DNA of 64,000 nt from Thermodesulfobacteriota bacterium (GCA_965205855.1 OZ242184.1:256001-320000), one strand, 5' to 3'. Shown: positions 30,816 to 43,611, counted from the first letter of the stretch. The notes: generated from the letters alone by a model not told the origin. Numbers and translations are program-made.

Positions 30816-30824
30816 ATATGTTTT

Positions 30825-31559
30825 TCAATAATCAACCTTCTCGAGAAACAGCCCCCGCGCCGGCGCGGCTGTCACATCGGCGGTTTTTTTCCCGCTTTTC
30901 AATATCTTCTCAAATCCCGCGGTGTTTAATTTCCCCTTGCCCACGCGCACAAGGGTTCCAACAATCAGCCTGACCATCCGTTTGAGGAATCCGTCCGCTT
31001 CAATTGAAAACACTATAAAATCCCCGTCCCGTTTGACCCCGGCTTCAAACACCGTCCGCACGGTTGTTCTAACCTTTGTGTCCGCCAGCGCAAAGGCGGC
31101 GAAATTGTGCTTTCCGACAATAAACCGGGTCGCGTCGCTCATTGACTCGGTGTCCAGCGGCTCGGTTATGAACCAGCAGGTTTTTCTGTTTAGCGCGGAG
31201 CGGGAAGCGCCGTTCAGTATTCTGTACAGATATGTTTTTTTCTTTGAAGAGATGCGAGAGTGAAAACCGGCGGAGACTTCTTCGGCGGTTTTGACGGAAA
31301 TATCTTCGGGCAGGAAAGAGTTGAGGGCCTTGAGTATGGTCTCGGTTTTCATCCGGCATTCGGTGTGAAAATTCGCCGTCTGCGCAAGCGCATGAACTCC
31401 GGCATCCGTTCTGCCGGAACCGTTAAGCGCGTTTTTCTCTCCAGTGATTTTAAAAACGGCGTCTTCTATTTTTTCCTGAACTGTCTCCGCGTTTTTCTGT
31501 CTCTGCCATCCACTGTAGCGGGTGCCTTCGTATTCAACTGTTATTTTTATGTTTCTCAA
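30825..31559 (-). CDS. truA: tRNA pseudouridine(38-40) synthase
   Basis: YEGTRYSGWQ, GSGRTDAGVHA, FLKRMVR, APARGLFL. Confidence 0.96.
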   Translation of the reverse strand: MRNIKITVEYEGTRYSGWQRQKNAETVQEKIEDAVFKITGEKNALNGSGRTDAGVHALAQTANFHTECRMKTETILKALNSFLPEDISVKTAEEVSAGFHSRISSKKKTYLYRILNGASRSALNRKTCWFITEPLDTESMSDATRFIVGKHNFAAFALADTKVRTTVRTVFEAGVKRDGDFIVFSIEADGFLKRMVRLIVGTLVRVGKGKLNTAGFEKILKSGKKTADVTAAPARGLFLEKVDY

Positions 31560-34521
31560 CTTTTTTTCTTATATAGAAAGTTCGCGCACTGCGAAGATTG
31601 TTTGAGTCTTTTGCCGTGATTATCAGCTTGTTCATCCCACTTTCAAGCGGAATGTTCAACGCAAAACTCTGGCTTTTCCCTTCGGAATTGATGATGTGTA
31701 TTTTGTCGTCCTCTTTGAAAAATGAGATATTTACCACCGACTCCATATCTTTCACGGACCCTTTTATTTCAATCTTCTCGTTCTCAGTTACCAGCAAATA
31801 CGGCTCAAGTTCTATGACGGGCGGGCTTGCGAGTGTGTAACTGAAATCGGGACGAGCTTTCCCCGAAGCGGGGGTGGTGTTTTCGGTTTTTATCCACCCC
31901 GCCCTATCTTTTGCGAGATTCACCTTTGTCCACTCCCCCGTGCTGCCGGCAACCCTGTATGAAGAGCCCGCGCGCGCTAGTGAAACGCTTTGAGCGCGTT
32001 CAAAACTTCCTCCCAGAATCGAGGTGTTCCGCCTTGTTCGTACCGTTCCTTTGTGTTTTGAAAACTCCGCCGGCTCATAAACCGGAATTTTTATCTCGTA
32101 ATTTGAAGAAAAACCTATCTCAAAATCGTTCGCTATAAGTTCAAATTCCGCATACGAGTTTTCTTTTCCGTCCTCCTCCGGGTCGTCTTCAATGCGGAAT
32201 TTCATAACCACATCCCTCGCTTCCCCCGCCGCCATTTCACCCGCTTCCTCTATGGCTTTTTCGAGAAAAAGGTTCTTCCCCGACTTGTTTTTCAGATAAA
32301 AGCCAATTTCCTCCGCTTTGCCCTTTCCTGTGTTTTGAATTCTGAAAAGCAAAGCCACGGTTTCGTCTTTTGTGATTCTTCCATCCCCGTTTCCTTTTGA
32401 GCCGAAACGCCCGTCATCCACTATTTCATAGTTGTAGCTTATCGCGGGGCGATTTCTTCTTTCCGTGCCGACCATGAAGGTTTTTGACATGATCTCTTCG
32501 CCGGTTGAGTCAAAAAAACGGATAACGCACTCATCGTTGCGCGTCTGCGCCCATTTAGGGATTTTTAGTTTCGTCCCCCATTTTGCCTTTTTGCCCGGAG
32601 CGATTTTTCCGAAGATAAACTCTCTGCCGTCCAGAAGGGGATTTTCCGAGTTTGTAACGGCGGTAAGTTTGTAAACGGGAGCGTCACCGACATTCTCAAC
32701 CTCAACCCTGATTTCCGCTTTCTCTCCCGCCTTAAAAACCCCGCCGTCCGGTTTGATTTTCGCCTCTATCACGGGTTTTCCGTCCTCCGGCTTCACGCTG
32801 TCAGACCAGTCCACCTTGAATTTTCGGAGTTTTTTGCTTATGCGCCCATTTTCCTCGTCTCCTATCTCTGCTATAATGCCGCCTGCGGTCTCAAGCATCT
32901 GGCTTCTGTCGCTGTAGGCTCCTTCCGACCCGGTGATTATGCGCCGCGCGGCTTTGATGAGAGGGTCTTTTTCTCTCTTTTCCTTTTTTTCGCGCTCGCT
33001 CAGGGTTTTGGGTATTTCATCTTCCTCATCGTCTTTTTTGGTGAGTGATTCGTTCAGAATTTTGAATGCGTATGAAGGGTTTTCCGGTTCGCGCGTGTCC
33101 TCGTCGTTATCGTCCGCTTCTTTTTCCTTACGGTATTTTTCAAGTAAAAATGCGAACTCCGAGGTTTTGTATATGGATTTGTCTTTGGAAAAATCAACCT
33201 CTTCAATGAAGATGTCCGGAGTTATGCCGATGTTGTGTATGGATATGCCTCCCGGTATCAGATAGTTGGCTATGGTGAGTTTAAAGGCAGAACCGTTGTC
33301 GAGTTCAAAAATGTCCTGTATGGAGCCCTTGCCGAAAGTTTTTGTTCCCATTATGAGTGCCCTGTCATTTTCCTTCAGTGCTCCGGTTACGATTTCCGAA
33401 GCGCTTGCCGAGCCGGAGTTGACAAGCACAACGGTTTTTTCCCGCAGCTCAAGCCGGCTTTGTCCTGATGCGGGACGCGGATTCACATTCTCTCCGCTTT
33501 TGAAGCTGAAAACGGTTCCGTGCTTCAAAAACAAGTCGGATATCTTCGCCGCCTGACGCAGAAGCCCTCCGGGGTTGTCCCTGAGATCAAGGATTATTCC
33601 CGCGAGCCGCCTTTGCTCTTTCCTTTTGACAAGCGCCTCAACGATGCTGTCGGTCGTGTTTCTCTGAAAGTTCTTGATCTTTATGTAGAGAATACCGTCA
33701 TTGAAAAAATGGTCTTCAACGCTCTCCACTTTGATTACATCCCTCACTATCGTCAGCAGTTTCGGTTTTTCCATTGAGTCTCTGAGTATTCGTATGGTTA
33801 CGGGCTCTCCTTTCGGACCCCTGAGCCTGTTCACCGCCTCAATTATTGACATATTCACCGTGGACTCATTTTCTATCTGGACGATTTTGTCTCCGGATTT
33901 CATTCCCGCCCTATATGCGGGAGTGTCTTCAATCGGGGATATAACCGTTATCCACCCCTTGTGCGTGCTGATAACTATTCCAAGACCCGTAAAACTGCCT
34001 TCAGTTTCCACGATGAACTCTTTGTATTCCCGTGGGGTAATGACGCGTGAATGCCTGTCCATCTTTGACAGCATTCCATTTGCCAGCGCGTATTCAATTT
34101 TTCCGTCTTTTTTATCATCCTTGTCGGCGCGGGAGTACACAAAAGCGAACACTTTTCCTGATATTTTTTTCAGATCCTCCCATGTTTTAAGCCGTGTGAA
34201 CCGGAAACTTTTTCTCTTTTCCCCGACCACTATGTCAAAGTTTTTTTCCTTTTCGCGCCAGTCAACAAGAACCTTGTCCAGTTTAATTTCCAGATTATTG
34301 ACCCCTTTCTTGAGCATCTTCTGAAAATCAACCGCGCTTTTGCGCACAAACTTCTCGCTCGCTATGTCAAGGGATTTTTCCATAACCTCCGGAGAGGGTT
34401 GCTGCGCGGTTGCGGCAAACGCAACAAACGCGGCGCACAACAGCGCGACGTGGATCACGATATGTTCTCTTAATTTTTTCAAGAGCAGTCTCCGTATATT
34501 AAAGGATGTGTATAGTATCAC
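31534..34521 (-). CDS. Large S41 carboxyl-terminal protease with PDZ and Ig-like C-terminal domains (MXAN_5808-like); start uncertain
   Basis: GLGI PDZ, DLRDNPGG, SASASE, TFGKGSIQ, long C-terminal extension. Confidence 0.85.
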   Translation of the reverse strand: MILYTSFNIRRLLLKKLREHIVIHVALLCAAFVAFAATAQQPSPEVMEKSLDIASEKFVRKSAVDFQKMLKKGVNNLEIKLDKVLVDWREKEKNFDIVVGEKRKSFRFTRLKTWEDLKKISGKVFAFVYSRADKDDKKDGKIEYALANGMLSKMDRHSRVITPREYKEFIVETEGSFTGLGIVISTHKGWITVISPIEDTPAYRAGMKSGDKIVQIENESTVNMSIIEAVNRLRGPKGEPVTIRILRDSMEKPKLLTIVRDVIKVESVEDHFFNDGILYIKIKNFQRNTTDSIVEALVKRKEQRRLAGIILDLRDNPGGLLRQAAKISDLFLKHGTVFSFKSGENVNPRPASGQSRLELREKTVVLVNSGSASASEIVTGALKENDRALIMGTKTFGKGSIQDIFELDNGSAFKLTIANYLIPGGISIHNIGITPDIFIEEVDFSKDKSIYKTSEFAFLLEKYRKEKEADDNDEDTREPENPSYAFKILNESLTKKDDEEDEIPKTLSEREKKEKREKDPLIKAARRIITGSEGAYSDRSQMLETAGGIIAEIGDEENGRISKKLRKFKVDWSDSVKPEDGKPVIEAKIKPDGGVFKAGEKAEIRVEVENVGDAPVYKLTAVTNSENPLLDGREFIFGKIAPGKKAKWGTKLKIPKWAQTRNDECVIRFFDSTGEEIMSKTFMVGTERRNRPAISYNYEIVDDGRFGSKGNGDGRITKDETVALLFRIQNTGKGKAEEIGFYLKNKSGKNLFLEKAIEEAGEMAAGEARDVVMKFRIEDDPEEDGKENSYAEFELIANDFEIGFSSNYEIKIPVYEPAEFSKHKGTVRTRRNTSILGGSFERAQSVSLARAGSSYRVAGSTGEWTKVNLAKDRAGWIKTENTTPASGKARPDFSYTLASPPVIELEPYLLVTENEKIEIKGSVKDMESVVNISFFKEDDKIHIINSEGKSQSFALNIPLESGMNKLIITAKDSNNLRSARTFYIRKKVEKHKNNS

Positions 34522-34555
34522 AGTCCTTTTTTGTATCTATAGAATACGGTTTCAG

Positions 34556-35734
34556 ATGGAGGTTCTTATTCACTACGGGGATTTGTCGCTCAAGGGGAAA
34601 AACCGAAGCGACTTTGTAAACGTTCTGGCACGCAACATAGAGCGCGCCGCCGGCGGACGTTGCAGCGCGCGGAGAAATCTGATGATTATGCGCGGAGGAG
34701 ATGCCGTGAAACTGAAAACGGTTTTCGGGATTGCATGGTACGCACCGTGCGTAAATTGCCCAAAAAACATGGCGGACATCATTGAACTCGTCTTGCGCGA
34801 GATTGGCGCGAGAATTTCCCGCGGCGGCGGGGATGCGAAAACCTTCGCCGTTTTTACAAAACGTTCGGACAAAAGGTTTCCCGTTAAATCATCCGAAATA
34901 TCTTCCGCGGTCGGCTCCGAGGTTTGCGCGCGCTTCGGAATGAAGGTGAACATTTCCGCTCCCGACCTGCCAGTGTATATTGAGATTACCGATAGCGTGG
35001 CGTATGTGCATTTTGAGAAAAACCCCGGGCCCGGAGGGCTTCCGGTCGGGGCTTCCGCGCCTCTTCTGTGTCTTCTCTCAGGCGGCATAGACTCTCCCGT
35101 CGCGGCTATTTGCGCGATGAAACGCGGATGTGAGGTTGATTTTCTCCATTTTCATGTTTTTCCCGATTCCTCTCTGGTACGGGAAACCAAAATGCCGGAA
35201 CTTGTTGACTCCATCGCCCGCTATAATGCGGGCTCAAGGATGTTTCTCGCCTCATACAAGTTTTTCCAGAGGAAGGCGCTTGGGGTTTTTCCCGCAAGGG
35301 GCATATTTAGGGGATACGAGCTTGTTCTTTTCAGAAGGTTTATGCTCAGAGTCGCGCAATCCCTTGCCGCCTCTCGCGGATACAAAGGTGTTGTCACCGG
35401 CGACTGTATCGGGCAGGTTGCCTCACAGACCGTTGAGAATCTTGCCGCCTCCCGTGGAGGTCTGGACTGTCTTGTCGTCAGCCCGCTGCTTGGCTGGGAC
35501 AAAAAAGACATAGTTGAAAAAGCGCGCCGGAGCGGAACATACGAGCACAGCATTAAGCCCTACAACGAGTGTTGTTCAATTGTTTCCCCGTTTCCGCGCA
35601 CAAAATGCTGTGTTGAGACCGTCCGGCGTCTTGAAGATCTCGTTTCAATTGATGAAGTTGTTGAAGAGACGATGGGAGGCATTGAGCTGTTCAACCCGAA
35701 CTCCGAGAAGGGGGGAATAAATGAAACCGGTTAG
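34556..35734 (+). CDS. thiI: tRNA 4-thiouridine synthase (no rhodanese domain)
   Basis: LKGKNR, THUMP, GPGGLPVG, LLSGGIDSPVA, GQVASQT, ECC. Confidence 0.9.
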   Translation: MEVLIHYGDLSLKGKNRSDFVNVLARNIERAAGGRCSARRNLMIMRGGDAVKLKTVFGIAWYAPCVNCPKNMADIIELVLREIGARISRGGGDAKTFAVFTKRSDKRFPVKSSEISSAVGSEVCARFGMKVNISAPDLPVYIEITDSVAYVHFEKNPGPGGLPVGASAPLLCLLSGGIDSPVAAICAMKRGCEVDFLHFHVFPDSSLVRETKMPELVDSIARYNAGSRMFLASYKFFQRKALGVFPARGIFRGYELVLFRRFMLRVAQSLAASRGYKGVVTGDCIGQVASQTVENLAASRGGLDCLVVSPLLGWDKKDIVEKARRSGTYEHSIKPYNECCSIVSPFPRTKCCVETVRRLEDLVSIDEVVEETMGGIELFNPNSEKGGINETG

Positions 35735-37436
35735 AGTGGCGCTCTGCCAGATGGATTGCTGGGTTGGCGGCATAGCGCGAAACGTATCCGTAATCAAGCG
35801 CCGTATGGACACGGCCCTTGCCAAAGGCGCGGACATAGTCTGCTTTCCCGAACTCGCGGTGTGTGGATATCCGCCCGAAGACCTTTTGCTAAAGCCGGGA
35901 TTCATAGACAGAAACATAGAAGGTCTTCTTGAGATAAAAAAACACTCCCGCTCTCTGACCGTGATAGCCGGTTTTGTCGAGCGTGGTAGCGGGGGAAAAA
36001 CACATTCCGTCCACAACGCCGCTGCGGTCGTCTCGGGAGGCAGAGTGGTGGGAATTCACAGAAAAAACCTGCTTCCGGACTACGGGGTTTTTGACGAAAG
36101 TCGCTATTTCAAGCCCGGGCAAAATACGCCTTTATTTGCCGCGGGCGATTTTAAAATAGGAGTCAATATCTGCGAAGACATCTGGTTTACAGACGGTCCC
36201 GTGGCAGAACAGGCCAAGTACGGCGCCGATTTGATTGTCAATATCTCCGCTTCCCCGTATGCGGTGGAAAAACCCGCGGCGAGGGAGAAAATGATTTCGA
36301 AAAGGGCAAAAAACGCGGGCGCCGCGCTAGCTTTCTGCAACATGGTGGGAGCGCAGGATGAGCTTGTTTTTGATGGGCACAGCGCGTTTTTTGACAAAAA
36401 CGGAACGGTAACTGCAAGGGCGCGGGGTTTTCGCGAAGATATGATTTTTGCCGATTTTTCCGCAAAACCGTCTCGTGCGGCAAAGCCGTCCGCGCGTGCG
36501 GACGAGTATAAAATCAAACCTCCCGGACGGAAGAAAAAACCCCTTTTGCGCCTTGCAATGGCGGGATTCGCGCGCGAAAGAGAGGAGGAAATTTTTTCCG
36601 CGCTGATTGCGGGTACGCGCGGCTATACGCGCAAAAACAGTTTCAAATCCGCAGTTGTGGGACTGTCCGGTGGCATAGATTCCGCGCTTGTCGCCGCGTG
36701 CGCGGTTGAGGCTCTCGGTGCGCGAAATGTGGTCGCGGTCAATATGCCTTCCACGGTAAGCTCAAAAGAAGGAATACGGGATTCCGAACTTATTGCACGG
36801 AACCTGAAAATCGGATTCCGCTCGGTTCCGATAGACAAAATTGTCTCTTCATACGCCAAAAGCGTGCCTGAGCCGTTCAAACTTAAACGGAACGAAACAT
36901 CCAGCATCGCTCTTGAAAACATACAGGCGCGAATAAGGGGCAACATACTTATGGCTTTTTCCAACCGCTTCGGATGGCTTGTGCTGACAACCGGCAACAA
37001 AAGCGAAACAAGCGTCGGGTATTCCACTCTCTACGGAGATAGCGCTGGAGGTTTTGCCGTTATCAAGGATGTGGAAAAGACTCTTGTCTACAAACTCGCT
37101 CTTTACTACAATCGCCTCAGGGGTTTTGATGCCATTCCGAAATCGGTTATTGAGCGAAGCCCGTCCGCCGAGCTCAGAAAGGGGCAGGACGACTCCGATG
37201 AACTTCCCCCGTATGATGTTCTTGACGGGATACTCAAACACTATGTTGAGCATGACCGTAGCCTCGCCGAGACTGTTGCCCTTTCCGGGGTGGGCGTGAA
37301 AACTGTTCGCAAGGTTGTTGATATGGTGGACCGGAGCGAATACAAAAGAAGACAGAGCCCTCCGGGAATCAAACTGACAGACAAAGCGTTCGGTAAAGAC
37401 CGCCGTATGCCGATTACCAACTTCTACCGCAATTAA
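35721..37436 (+). CDS. nadE: Glutamine-dependent NAD+ synthetase
   Basis: Nitrilase domain (FPEL, ICEDIW) plus GLSGGIDS, ENIQARIRG, GNKSE, PSAEL. Confidence 0.95.
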   Translation: MKPVRVALCQMDCWVGGIARNVSVIKRRMDTALAKGADIVCFPELAVCGYPPEDLLLKPGFIDRNIEGLLEIKKHSRSLTVIAGFVERGSGGKTHSVHNAAAVVSGGRVVGIHRKNLLPDYGVFDESRYFKPGQNTPLFAAGDFKIGVNICEDIWFTDGPVAEQAKYGADLIVNISASPYAVEKPAAREKMISKRAKNAGAALAFCNMVGAQDELVFDGHSAFFDKNGTVTARARGFREDMIFADFSAKPSRAAKPSARADEYKIKPPGRKKKPLLRLAMAGFAREREEEIFSALIAGTRGYTRKNSFKSAVVGLSGGIDSALVAACAVEALGARNVVAVNMPSTVSSKEGIRDSELIARNLKIGFRSVPIDKIVSSYAKSVPEPFKLKRNETSSIALENIQARIRGNILMAFSNRFGWLVLTTGNKSETSVGYSTLYGDSAGGFAVIKDVEKTLVYKLALYYNRLRGFDAIPKSVIERSPSAELRKGQDDSDELPPYDVLDGILKHYVEHDRSLAETVALSGVGVKTVRKVVDMVDRSEYKRRQSPPGIKLTDKAFGKDRRMPITNFYRN

Positions 37437-37535
37437 CCTGTTGCGAAAGGTCTCCTTTTTGAAACAGAGCGGCTTTTCCGTTATCTTAAATTCCCTTTTC
37501 AATGCGTGAAAAGGCATGAAAAAAGATTTTTTGTA

Positions 37536-40500
37536 ATGAGTTTCACTTACGCAAAGCAAGGTCTTTATGACCCTTCTCTTGAGCATGATTCATGCGGAGT
37601 CGGATTTGTTGTCAACATAAAAGGTGCAAAATCGCGCTCCATTGTAGAAAACGCGCTCACGGTTCTGGCCAACCTTGAGCACAGGGGAGCGTGTGGATGC
37701 GACCCTGACACTGGAGACGGCGCGGGGATACTGTTTCAGATGCCACACGGTTTTTTCAGCGCCATTTGCGCTGAAACCGGCGTTTCTCTTCCCAATGCCG
37801 AAGACTATGGCGTATGCGTGATGTTCGCGCCGCCAGACGAGAAGGAGCGCACGGTGGTTTTGTCCCAGTTCCGGGCAATAGTTGAGAGCGAAGGACTCAG
37901 AATGTTGCATACGCGCGATGTGCCGACCGATGACTCTTCTCTGGGCGGCGTTTCAAGGGCGAGCTCGCCGTCTGTTTGTCAAATTTTCATAGAACGCGGC
38001 GGTGTGGCGGAGGGGGAGTTTGAGCGCGCGCTGTTTGTTATAAGAAAGCGGGCGGAAAAAACCATCGACTCGGAGATTTTCCATATACCGAGCCTTTCAT
38101 CAAAGACAATTGTCTACAAAGGGATGCTCACGCCCGAACAGCTTCCGAACTACTATCCCGATTTGAAGGATCCGAGGATGGAAAGCGCGATAGCGCTTGT
38201 CCATTCCCGTTTCAGCACAAACACATCTCCGAGTTGGAGCAGGGCGCAACCATGCCGTTTGCTCATCCACAACGGAGAGATAAACACCCTTCGGGGAAAT
38301 ATAAACCGTATGTATTCAAGGCAACCGATGCTCGGACTCTCAAACGGGGCTTTCAGCTCCGAGCCGGAAAAAATCTTTCCCTTTATCGAGCCGGACGGAA
38401 GCGACAGTGCCGCTCTCGACAACAACCTTGAGCTTCTCACCCTTTGCGGTTTTTCAATAGAGCATGCGGTTATGATGACGGTTCCCGAGCCGTGGCAGAA
38501 GAATAAAAAAATGGATGAAGCCAAAAAGGCGTTCTACAGATACTACGGCTCTCTTATGGAGCCGTGGGACGGACCGACCTCGGTTTGCTTCACCGACGGC
38601 GAAAAGGTTGGCGCGGTGCTGGACAGAAACGGCCTCCGACCCAGCAGATACTATGTTACGGGCGACGACACGGTGATACTTTCCTCCGAGGTCGGGGTTC
38701 TTCCCGTCGCGCCAGCGAATGTGATTTCAAAAGGGAGACTTGAGCCGGGCAGAATGCTTCTTGTGGACACTCGCGCCGGACGGATAGTGCGCGATGAAGA
38801 GATTAAATCGGGTCTGGTAAACGCCGCTCCGTACGCTGAATGGACAGGCAAATATATGGTAAAGCTGTCCGATATTGAAGACTCTTTGGCGCGGGAGCCG
38901 CGTCTCACCCGTAAGGAGCTTATGACGCAGCAGAGGATTTTCGGATACACGTTTGAAGAGATAAGGTTGCTTCTTGAGCCGATGGCGAAAAATGGCGTTG
39001 AAGTCATTGGCGCTATGGGACGGGATGTGCCGCTCGCGGTTCTTTCTCTGGATCCGAAGCTGCTTTATAACTACTTCAACCAGCTGTTCGCTCAGATTAC
39101 AAATCCGGCGACCGACCCGATTAGGGAAGAGATAGTAACCGCCACAAACATCAACCTCGGAGTAACCGGAAACCTGTTCAATCCTCTCCCCGAAAGTTGC
39201 AGGGCCATACAGGCGGACAGTCCGCTTCTTTCGGACGGCGAAATAGCGAAACTCAAAACCGTCAAACAGGACGGTTTCAAATCCGCGGTTATTGAAAGTT
39301 TTTACAACCCCGAAGGCGGCGGGCAATCGCTTGAAGCCGCCCTTGAGGAGATGTTTTCAAAAGCCGATTCGGCCATAGCCGCCGGCGCCAACATTCTCAT
39401 AATTTCCGACCGCGGAGCGTGTGCGGGCAAATGCCCGGTTCCCGCGCTTCTTGCGTCAAGCGGCTTGCACCACCACCTTATACGCGCTGGTAGCAGGATG
39501 AAGACGAGTATAGTCGTTGAATCCGGAGAACCGCGCGAAGTGCACCATTTCGCGCTTCTTATCGGCTACGGCGCGGACGCCGTCAACCCTTACCTCGCAT
39601 TTGAGACCCTGAGGGGAATGTGCGAAGAGGGGTTGCTTGAGATTGATATTGAAACGGCTTTTTCCAATTACATTTCGGGCATTGTCAAAGGCGTCGTAAA
39701 GATCATGTCAAAAATGGGAATATCCACGATTCAGAGTTATCAGGGCTCGCAGGTTTTCGAAGCGCTGGGATTCTCTCAGCGGTTTGTGGAAAAGTATTTT
39801 ACCCACACCCAGTCCCGCATTGGCGGAATAGGCATTGATATTGTCGCCGAAGAAACGGCGCGCAGGTATTTCAAGGCGTTTGCGCAAAGGGGCGACAATA
39901 TCTGTGCGCTTGATGAGGGAGGCGTTTACCAGTGGCGGCGCGGCGGCGAGGCGCATATATACTCCCCGCAGACGGTTCACGCGCTTCAAAGGGCCTGCCG
40001 CACGGGAGATTATGTGCAGTTTGAAAAATTCTCCGCAAATGTGGGAAACGAAGAGCGCAAACGGTTCACCCTCAGGGGGATGCTTGACTTCAAATTCGCC
40101 AAAAAGCCGCTTTCTCCTGATGAAGTGGAATCCGAGGAGGAGATACTCAAACGGTTCAAAACCGGCGCGATGTCGTATGGAGCGATAAGCGCCGAGGCGC
40201 ATGAAAGCCTTGCAATTGCGATGAACAGGATAGGCGGCAAAAGCAATTCGGGCGAAGGAGGAGAGGACAGGAGCAGGTGGGTTCCCGATGAAAACGGGGA
40301 TTTGAGAAGAAGTGCTATAAAACAGGTCGCATCCGGTAGGTTCGGGGTTACCGGAGAGTATCTCGCCAATTCCGATGAGATACAGATAAAGATAGCGCAG
40401 GGCGCGAAACCCGGAGAGGGCGGGCAGCTTCCCGGCAGAAAGGTGTATCCGTGGATAGCCAAAGTCCGGCTTTCCACCCCCGGAGTGGGCCTTATCTCTC

Positions 40501-42110
40501 CGCCGCCACACCATGATATCTACTCCATTGAAGACATAGCGCAGTTGATATACGACCTTAAAAATTCCAATCCCGGCGCGAGGATAAACACAAAACTTGT
40601 TTCCGAATCCGGTGTCGGAACAATCGCCGCGGGAGTGGCAAAGGCACATTCCGATGTGATTCTTATCAGCGGAAACGACGGTGGAACCGGTGCCTCTCCG
40701 CAAAGCAGTATCCACTACGCCGGTTTGCCGTGGGAGCTTGGAATAAGCGAGGTTCATCAGACCCTTTTGCTGAACGACCTCAGGAGCCGCGTTGTTCTTG
40801 AGACGGACGGGCATATGAAAACGGGCAGGGATGTTGTAATCGCGGCGCTTCTCGGAGCCGAGGAATACGGATTTTCAACTGCTCCTCTCATAGGGCTCGG
40901 TTGCATAATGATGAGGGTTTGCCATCTGGACACCTGTCCGGTCGGAGTTGCTACACAGAATCCCGAATTGCGCGCGAAGTTCACCGGAGACCCGGCTCAT
41001 GTGGTCAATTTTATGCGTTTTGTCGCCCGTGAGACGCGCGCGCTTATGGCGGAGCTCGGTTTCCGCACCATGAATGAGATGGTGGGAAGAACGGACAAGT
41101 TGAAATTTATCAAACCCGAAGGGCACTGGAAGGCGAAGGGATTGAATCTGGATGCCATTCTGCACTCGCCCGATGTTCCGAAACGTTACGGGACTTATTG
41201 CTCAACGGAGCAGAGCCACGGAATTGAGAAATCTCTGGATATGACAAAATTGCTTCCCCCGTGCGCGCCGGCGATAGAAAATCTCGAAAAGGTTGAAGTG
41301 GAGACGGAGATAAGAAACACAGACCGCACGGTCGGTACGATAGTGGGCAGCAGAATATCATCAAAATACGGCTCATCGGCTCTTGAGAACGACACAATCA
41401 CACTCCGCTTCAAAGGCTCTGCGGGACAGAGTTTCGGGGCTTTTGTTCCCAAGGGAATGACGATGTTCCTTGAGGGTGACTCAAACGATTATTTCGGAAA
41501 AGGGCTTTCGGGTGGAAAGATGGCGGTGTTTCCGCCGAAGGAGTCAAACTTTGCCGCCGAAAAAAATGTCATAATCGGCAATGTCGCCTTATACGGAGCG
41601 ACTTCTGGCGAGGCATACATACGCGGAATCGCGGGAGAGAGGTTTTGCGTAAGAAACAGCGGAGTGAGTGCCGTTGTTGAAGGCGTGGGGGACCACGGTT
41701 GCGAATATATGACCGGCGGGCGCGTTGTGGTTATCGGCAAAACCGGTGTGAATTTCGCCGCGGGTATGTCGGGCGGGATAGCGTATGTCTTTGATGCGGA
41801 AGGGAATTTTGCGGATGAAAACTGCAACGGACGGGGCGTGTCGCTATCTGCTCCCGAAGACGGCGATGAAACCGAGCTCAAAGCCATGATTATGCGCCAT
41901 TTTCAATACACCGGTAGCACGGTTGCGGAAGATATTTTGAACGGCTGGAAGGGCAGTTTGCGCAAATTTGTCAAGGTGATGCCCGATGATTACAAAAGAA
42001 TGCTAGATGCCATAAGTGGGGTTGAGAAGAGGGGAATCAGCGGAGACGAGGCGCTTATGGTGGCTTTTGAGGAAAACATGTCGGACGCTTCGCGCGTAAC
42101 TGGCAATTAG
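37536..42110 (+). CDS. gltB: Glutamate synthase large subunit
   Basis: [44 protein letters not shown]. Confidence 0.97.
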   Translation: MSFTYAKQGLYDPSLEHDSCGVGFVVNIKGAKSRSIVENALTVLANLEHRGACGCDPDTGDGAGILFQMPHGFFSAICAETGVSLPNAEDYGVCVMFAPPDEKERTVVLSQFRAIVESEGLRMLHTRDVPTDDSSLGGVSRASSPSVCQIFIERGGVAEGEFERALFVIRKRAEKTIDSEIFHIPSLSSKTIVYKGMLTPEQLPNYYPDLKDPRMESAIALVHSRFSTNTSPSWSRAQPCRLLIHNGEINTLRGNINRMYSRQPMLGLSNGAFSSEPEKIFPFIEPDGSDSAALDNNLELLTLCGFSIEHAVMMTVPEPWQKNKKMDEAKKAFYRYYGSLMEPWDGPTSVCFTDGEKVGAVLDRNGLRPSRYYVTGDDTVILSSEVGVLPVAPANVISKGRLEPGRMLLVDTRAGRIVRDEEIKSGLVNAAPYAEWTGKYMVKLSDIEDSLAREPRLTRKELMTQQRIFGYTFEEIRLLLEPMAKNGVEVIGAMGRDVPLAVLSLDPKLLYNYFNQLFAQITNPATDPIREEIVTATNINLGVTGNLFNPLPESCRAIQADSPLLSDGEIAKLKTVKQDGFKSAVIESFYNPEGGGQSLEAALEEMFSKADSAIAAGANILIISDRGACAGKCPVPALLASSGLHHHLIRAGSRMKTSIVVESGEPREVHHFALLIGYGADAVNPYLAFETLRGMCEEGLLEIDIETAFSNYISGIVKGVVKIMSKMGISTIQSYQGSQVFEALGFSQRFVEKYFTHTQSRIGGIGIDIVAEETARRYFKAFAQRGDNICALDEGGVYQWRRGGEAHIYSPQTVHALQRACRTGDYVQFEKFSANVGNEERKRFTLRGMLDFKFAKKPLSPDEVESEEEILKRFKTGAMSYGAISAEAHESLAIAMNRIGGKSNSGEGGEDRSRWVPDENGDLRRSAIKQVASGRFGVTGEYLANSDEIQIKIAQGAKPGEGGQLPGRKVYPWIAKVRLSTPGVGLISPPPHHDIYSIEDIAQLIYDLKNSNPGARINTKLVSESGVGTIAAGVAKAHSDVILISGNDGGTGASPQSSIHYAGLPWELGISEVHQTLLLNDLRSRVVLETDGHMKTGRDVVIAALLGAEEYGFSTAPLIGLGCIMMRVCHLDTCPVGVATQNPELRAKFTGDPAHVVNFMRFVARETRALMAELGFRTMNEMVGRTDKLKFIKPEGHWKAKGLNLDAILHSPDVPKRYGTYCSTEQSHGIEKSLDMTKLLPPCAPAIENLEKVEVETEIRNTDRTVGTIVGSRISSKYGSSALENDTITLRFKGSAGQSFGAFVPKGMTMFLEGDSNDYFGKGLSGGKMAVFPPKESNFAAEKNVIIGNVALYGATSGEAYIRGIAGERFCVRNSGVSAVVEGVGDHGCEYMTGGRVVVIGKTGVNFAAGMSGGIAYVFDAEGNFADENCNGRGVSLSAPEDGDETELKAMIMRHFQYTGSTVAEDILNGWKGSLRKFVKVMPDDYKRMLDAISGVEKRGISGDEALMVAFEENMSDASRVTGN

Positions 42111-42124
42111 AAAACGGAGACTAT

Positions 42125-43609
42125 ATGGGAAATCCCGCAGGTTTTATGCGCTACGGAAGGCGGCTCGCCAAAGACCGTTTACCGGCAAAGAGAATTGCCG
42201 ACTGGAACGAGTTTCACGGCCATACTTCTGATAAAAATCTCGGCGTTCAGGGGGAGAGGTGCATGGATTGTGGGGTTCCGTTCTGCCAAACGGGAGACAT
42301 CCTTGCGGGTGCGGCAGTCGGATGTCCGGTTCAAAATCTCATTCCCGAATGGAACGATCTTGTCCACAAGGGGCGGTGGCGCGAAGCCCTGGAGCGGCTT
42401 CATAAGACGAACAATTTTCCCGAATTTACCGGGAGGGTCTGTCCCGCGCCGTGCGAAGGATCCTGCGTTCTCGGCATAAACGAGCCTCCGGTAACAATCA
42501 AGGCGATAGAGTATGCGATTGTGGAAAAAGGTTTTGAAGAGGGCTGGATAGTCCCAAATTCCCCAGCGAAAAGAACCGGAAAAAAAGTTGCCGTTGTCGG
42601 TTCCGGTCCCGCGGGGCTTGCATGCGCCGCGCAGTTGAACAAGGCGGGGCACAAGGTTGTTGTCTACGAGAGGGACGACCGTGTCGGCGGGCTTTTAATG
42701 TATGGAATTCCGAACCCGCATCTTGACAAAGAGGTTGTTGAAAGACGGGTGGATATTCTGAGAAAAGAGGGCGTTGAGTTTGTCGTAAACGCCGAGATAG
42801 GCAAAGACCTGCCCGCGGACGGGCTTGTTAACTCACATGACGCGGTTGTGCTTTGCTGCGGCGCGACAAATCCGCGTGACCTTGATGTTCCGGGCCGCGA
42901 CTGCGACGGGGTGTATTTCGCGATGGATTTTCTTCGGGAAAACACAAAACGGCTTCTGGACACGGGCTTTGAACAGACGGGAGGCATATCCGCCAAAGAC
43001 AAGGATGTTATCATTCTCGGTGGCGGGGACACCGGAACGGACTGTGTCGCGACCTCAATGAGGCAAAGGTGCAGGAGCATTCTCCAGTTTGAGATTCTTC
43101 CCAAGCCGCCCGGCGAACGCGCCCCGGACAACCCCTGGCCACAGTGGCCCAGAGTTTACAAACTGGATTACGGGCAGGAGGAAGCGATGGCGGCGTTTGG
43201 GGAAGACCCGCGTAAGTATCTTGTGCTTACAAAAAGCGTTGAGCGCGATGAAAAAGGCCGTGTGAAGGGGCTTAACACCGTGCGCATATCCTGGGAAAAG
43301 GACAAAAACGGCAATATGTCAATGGAGGAGCAGCCCGGTTCCGGGCAGTTCTGGAGCGCTCAGCTTGTTTTTCTCGCGCTCGGTTTTCTCGGTCCCGAAC
43401 AGCGCATCATAGACGGGCTTGGCCTTGAGCGGGACGCCCGTTCAAACATTAAAGCTCAATACGGGGATTACCGCACAAGCGTTGAAAAGGTGTTTGCCGC
43501 CGGAGACGCGAGACGGGGGCAGAGTCTTGTGGTCTGGGCAATCAACGAGGGACGGGAAGCCGCAAGGGAATGCGACCGCTACCTTATGGGCTCAACTGAG
43601 TTGCCTTGA
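42125..43609 (+). CDS. gltD: Glutamate synthase small subunit
   Basis: [45 protein letters not shown]. Confidence 0.97.
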   Translation: MGNPAGFMRYGRRLAKDRLPAKRIADWNEFHGHTSDKNLGVQGERCMDCGVPFCQTGDILAGAAVGCPVQNLIPEWNDLVHKGRWREALERLHKTNNFPEFTGRVCPAPCEGSCVLGINEPPVTIKAIEYAIVEKGFEEGWIVPNSPAKRTGKKVAVVGSGPAGLACAAQLNKAGHKVVVYERDDRVGGLLMYGIPNPHLDKEVVERRVDILRKEGVEFVVNAEIGKDLPADGLVNSHDAVVLCCGATNPRDLDVPGRDCDGVYFAMDFLRENTKRLLDTGFEQTGGISAKDKDVIILGGGDTGTDCVATSMRQRCRSILQFEILPKPPGERAPDNPWPQWPRVYKLDYGQEEAMAAFGEDPRKYLVLTKSVERDEKGRVKGLNTVRISWEKDKNGNMSMEEQPGSGQFWSAQLVFLALGFLGPEQRIIDGLGLERDARSNIKAQYGDYRTSVEKVFAAGDARRGQSLVVWAINEGREAARECDRYLMGSTELP

Positions 43610-43611
43610 TT

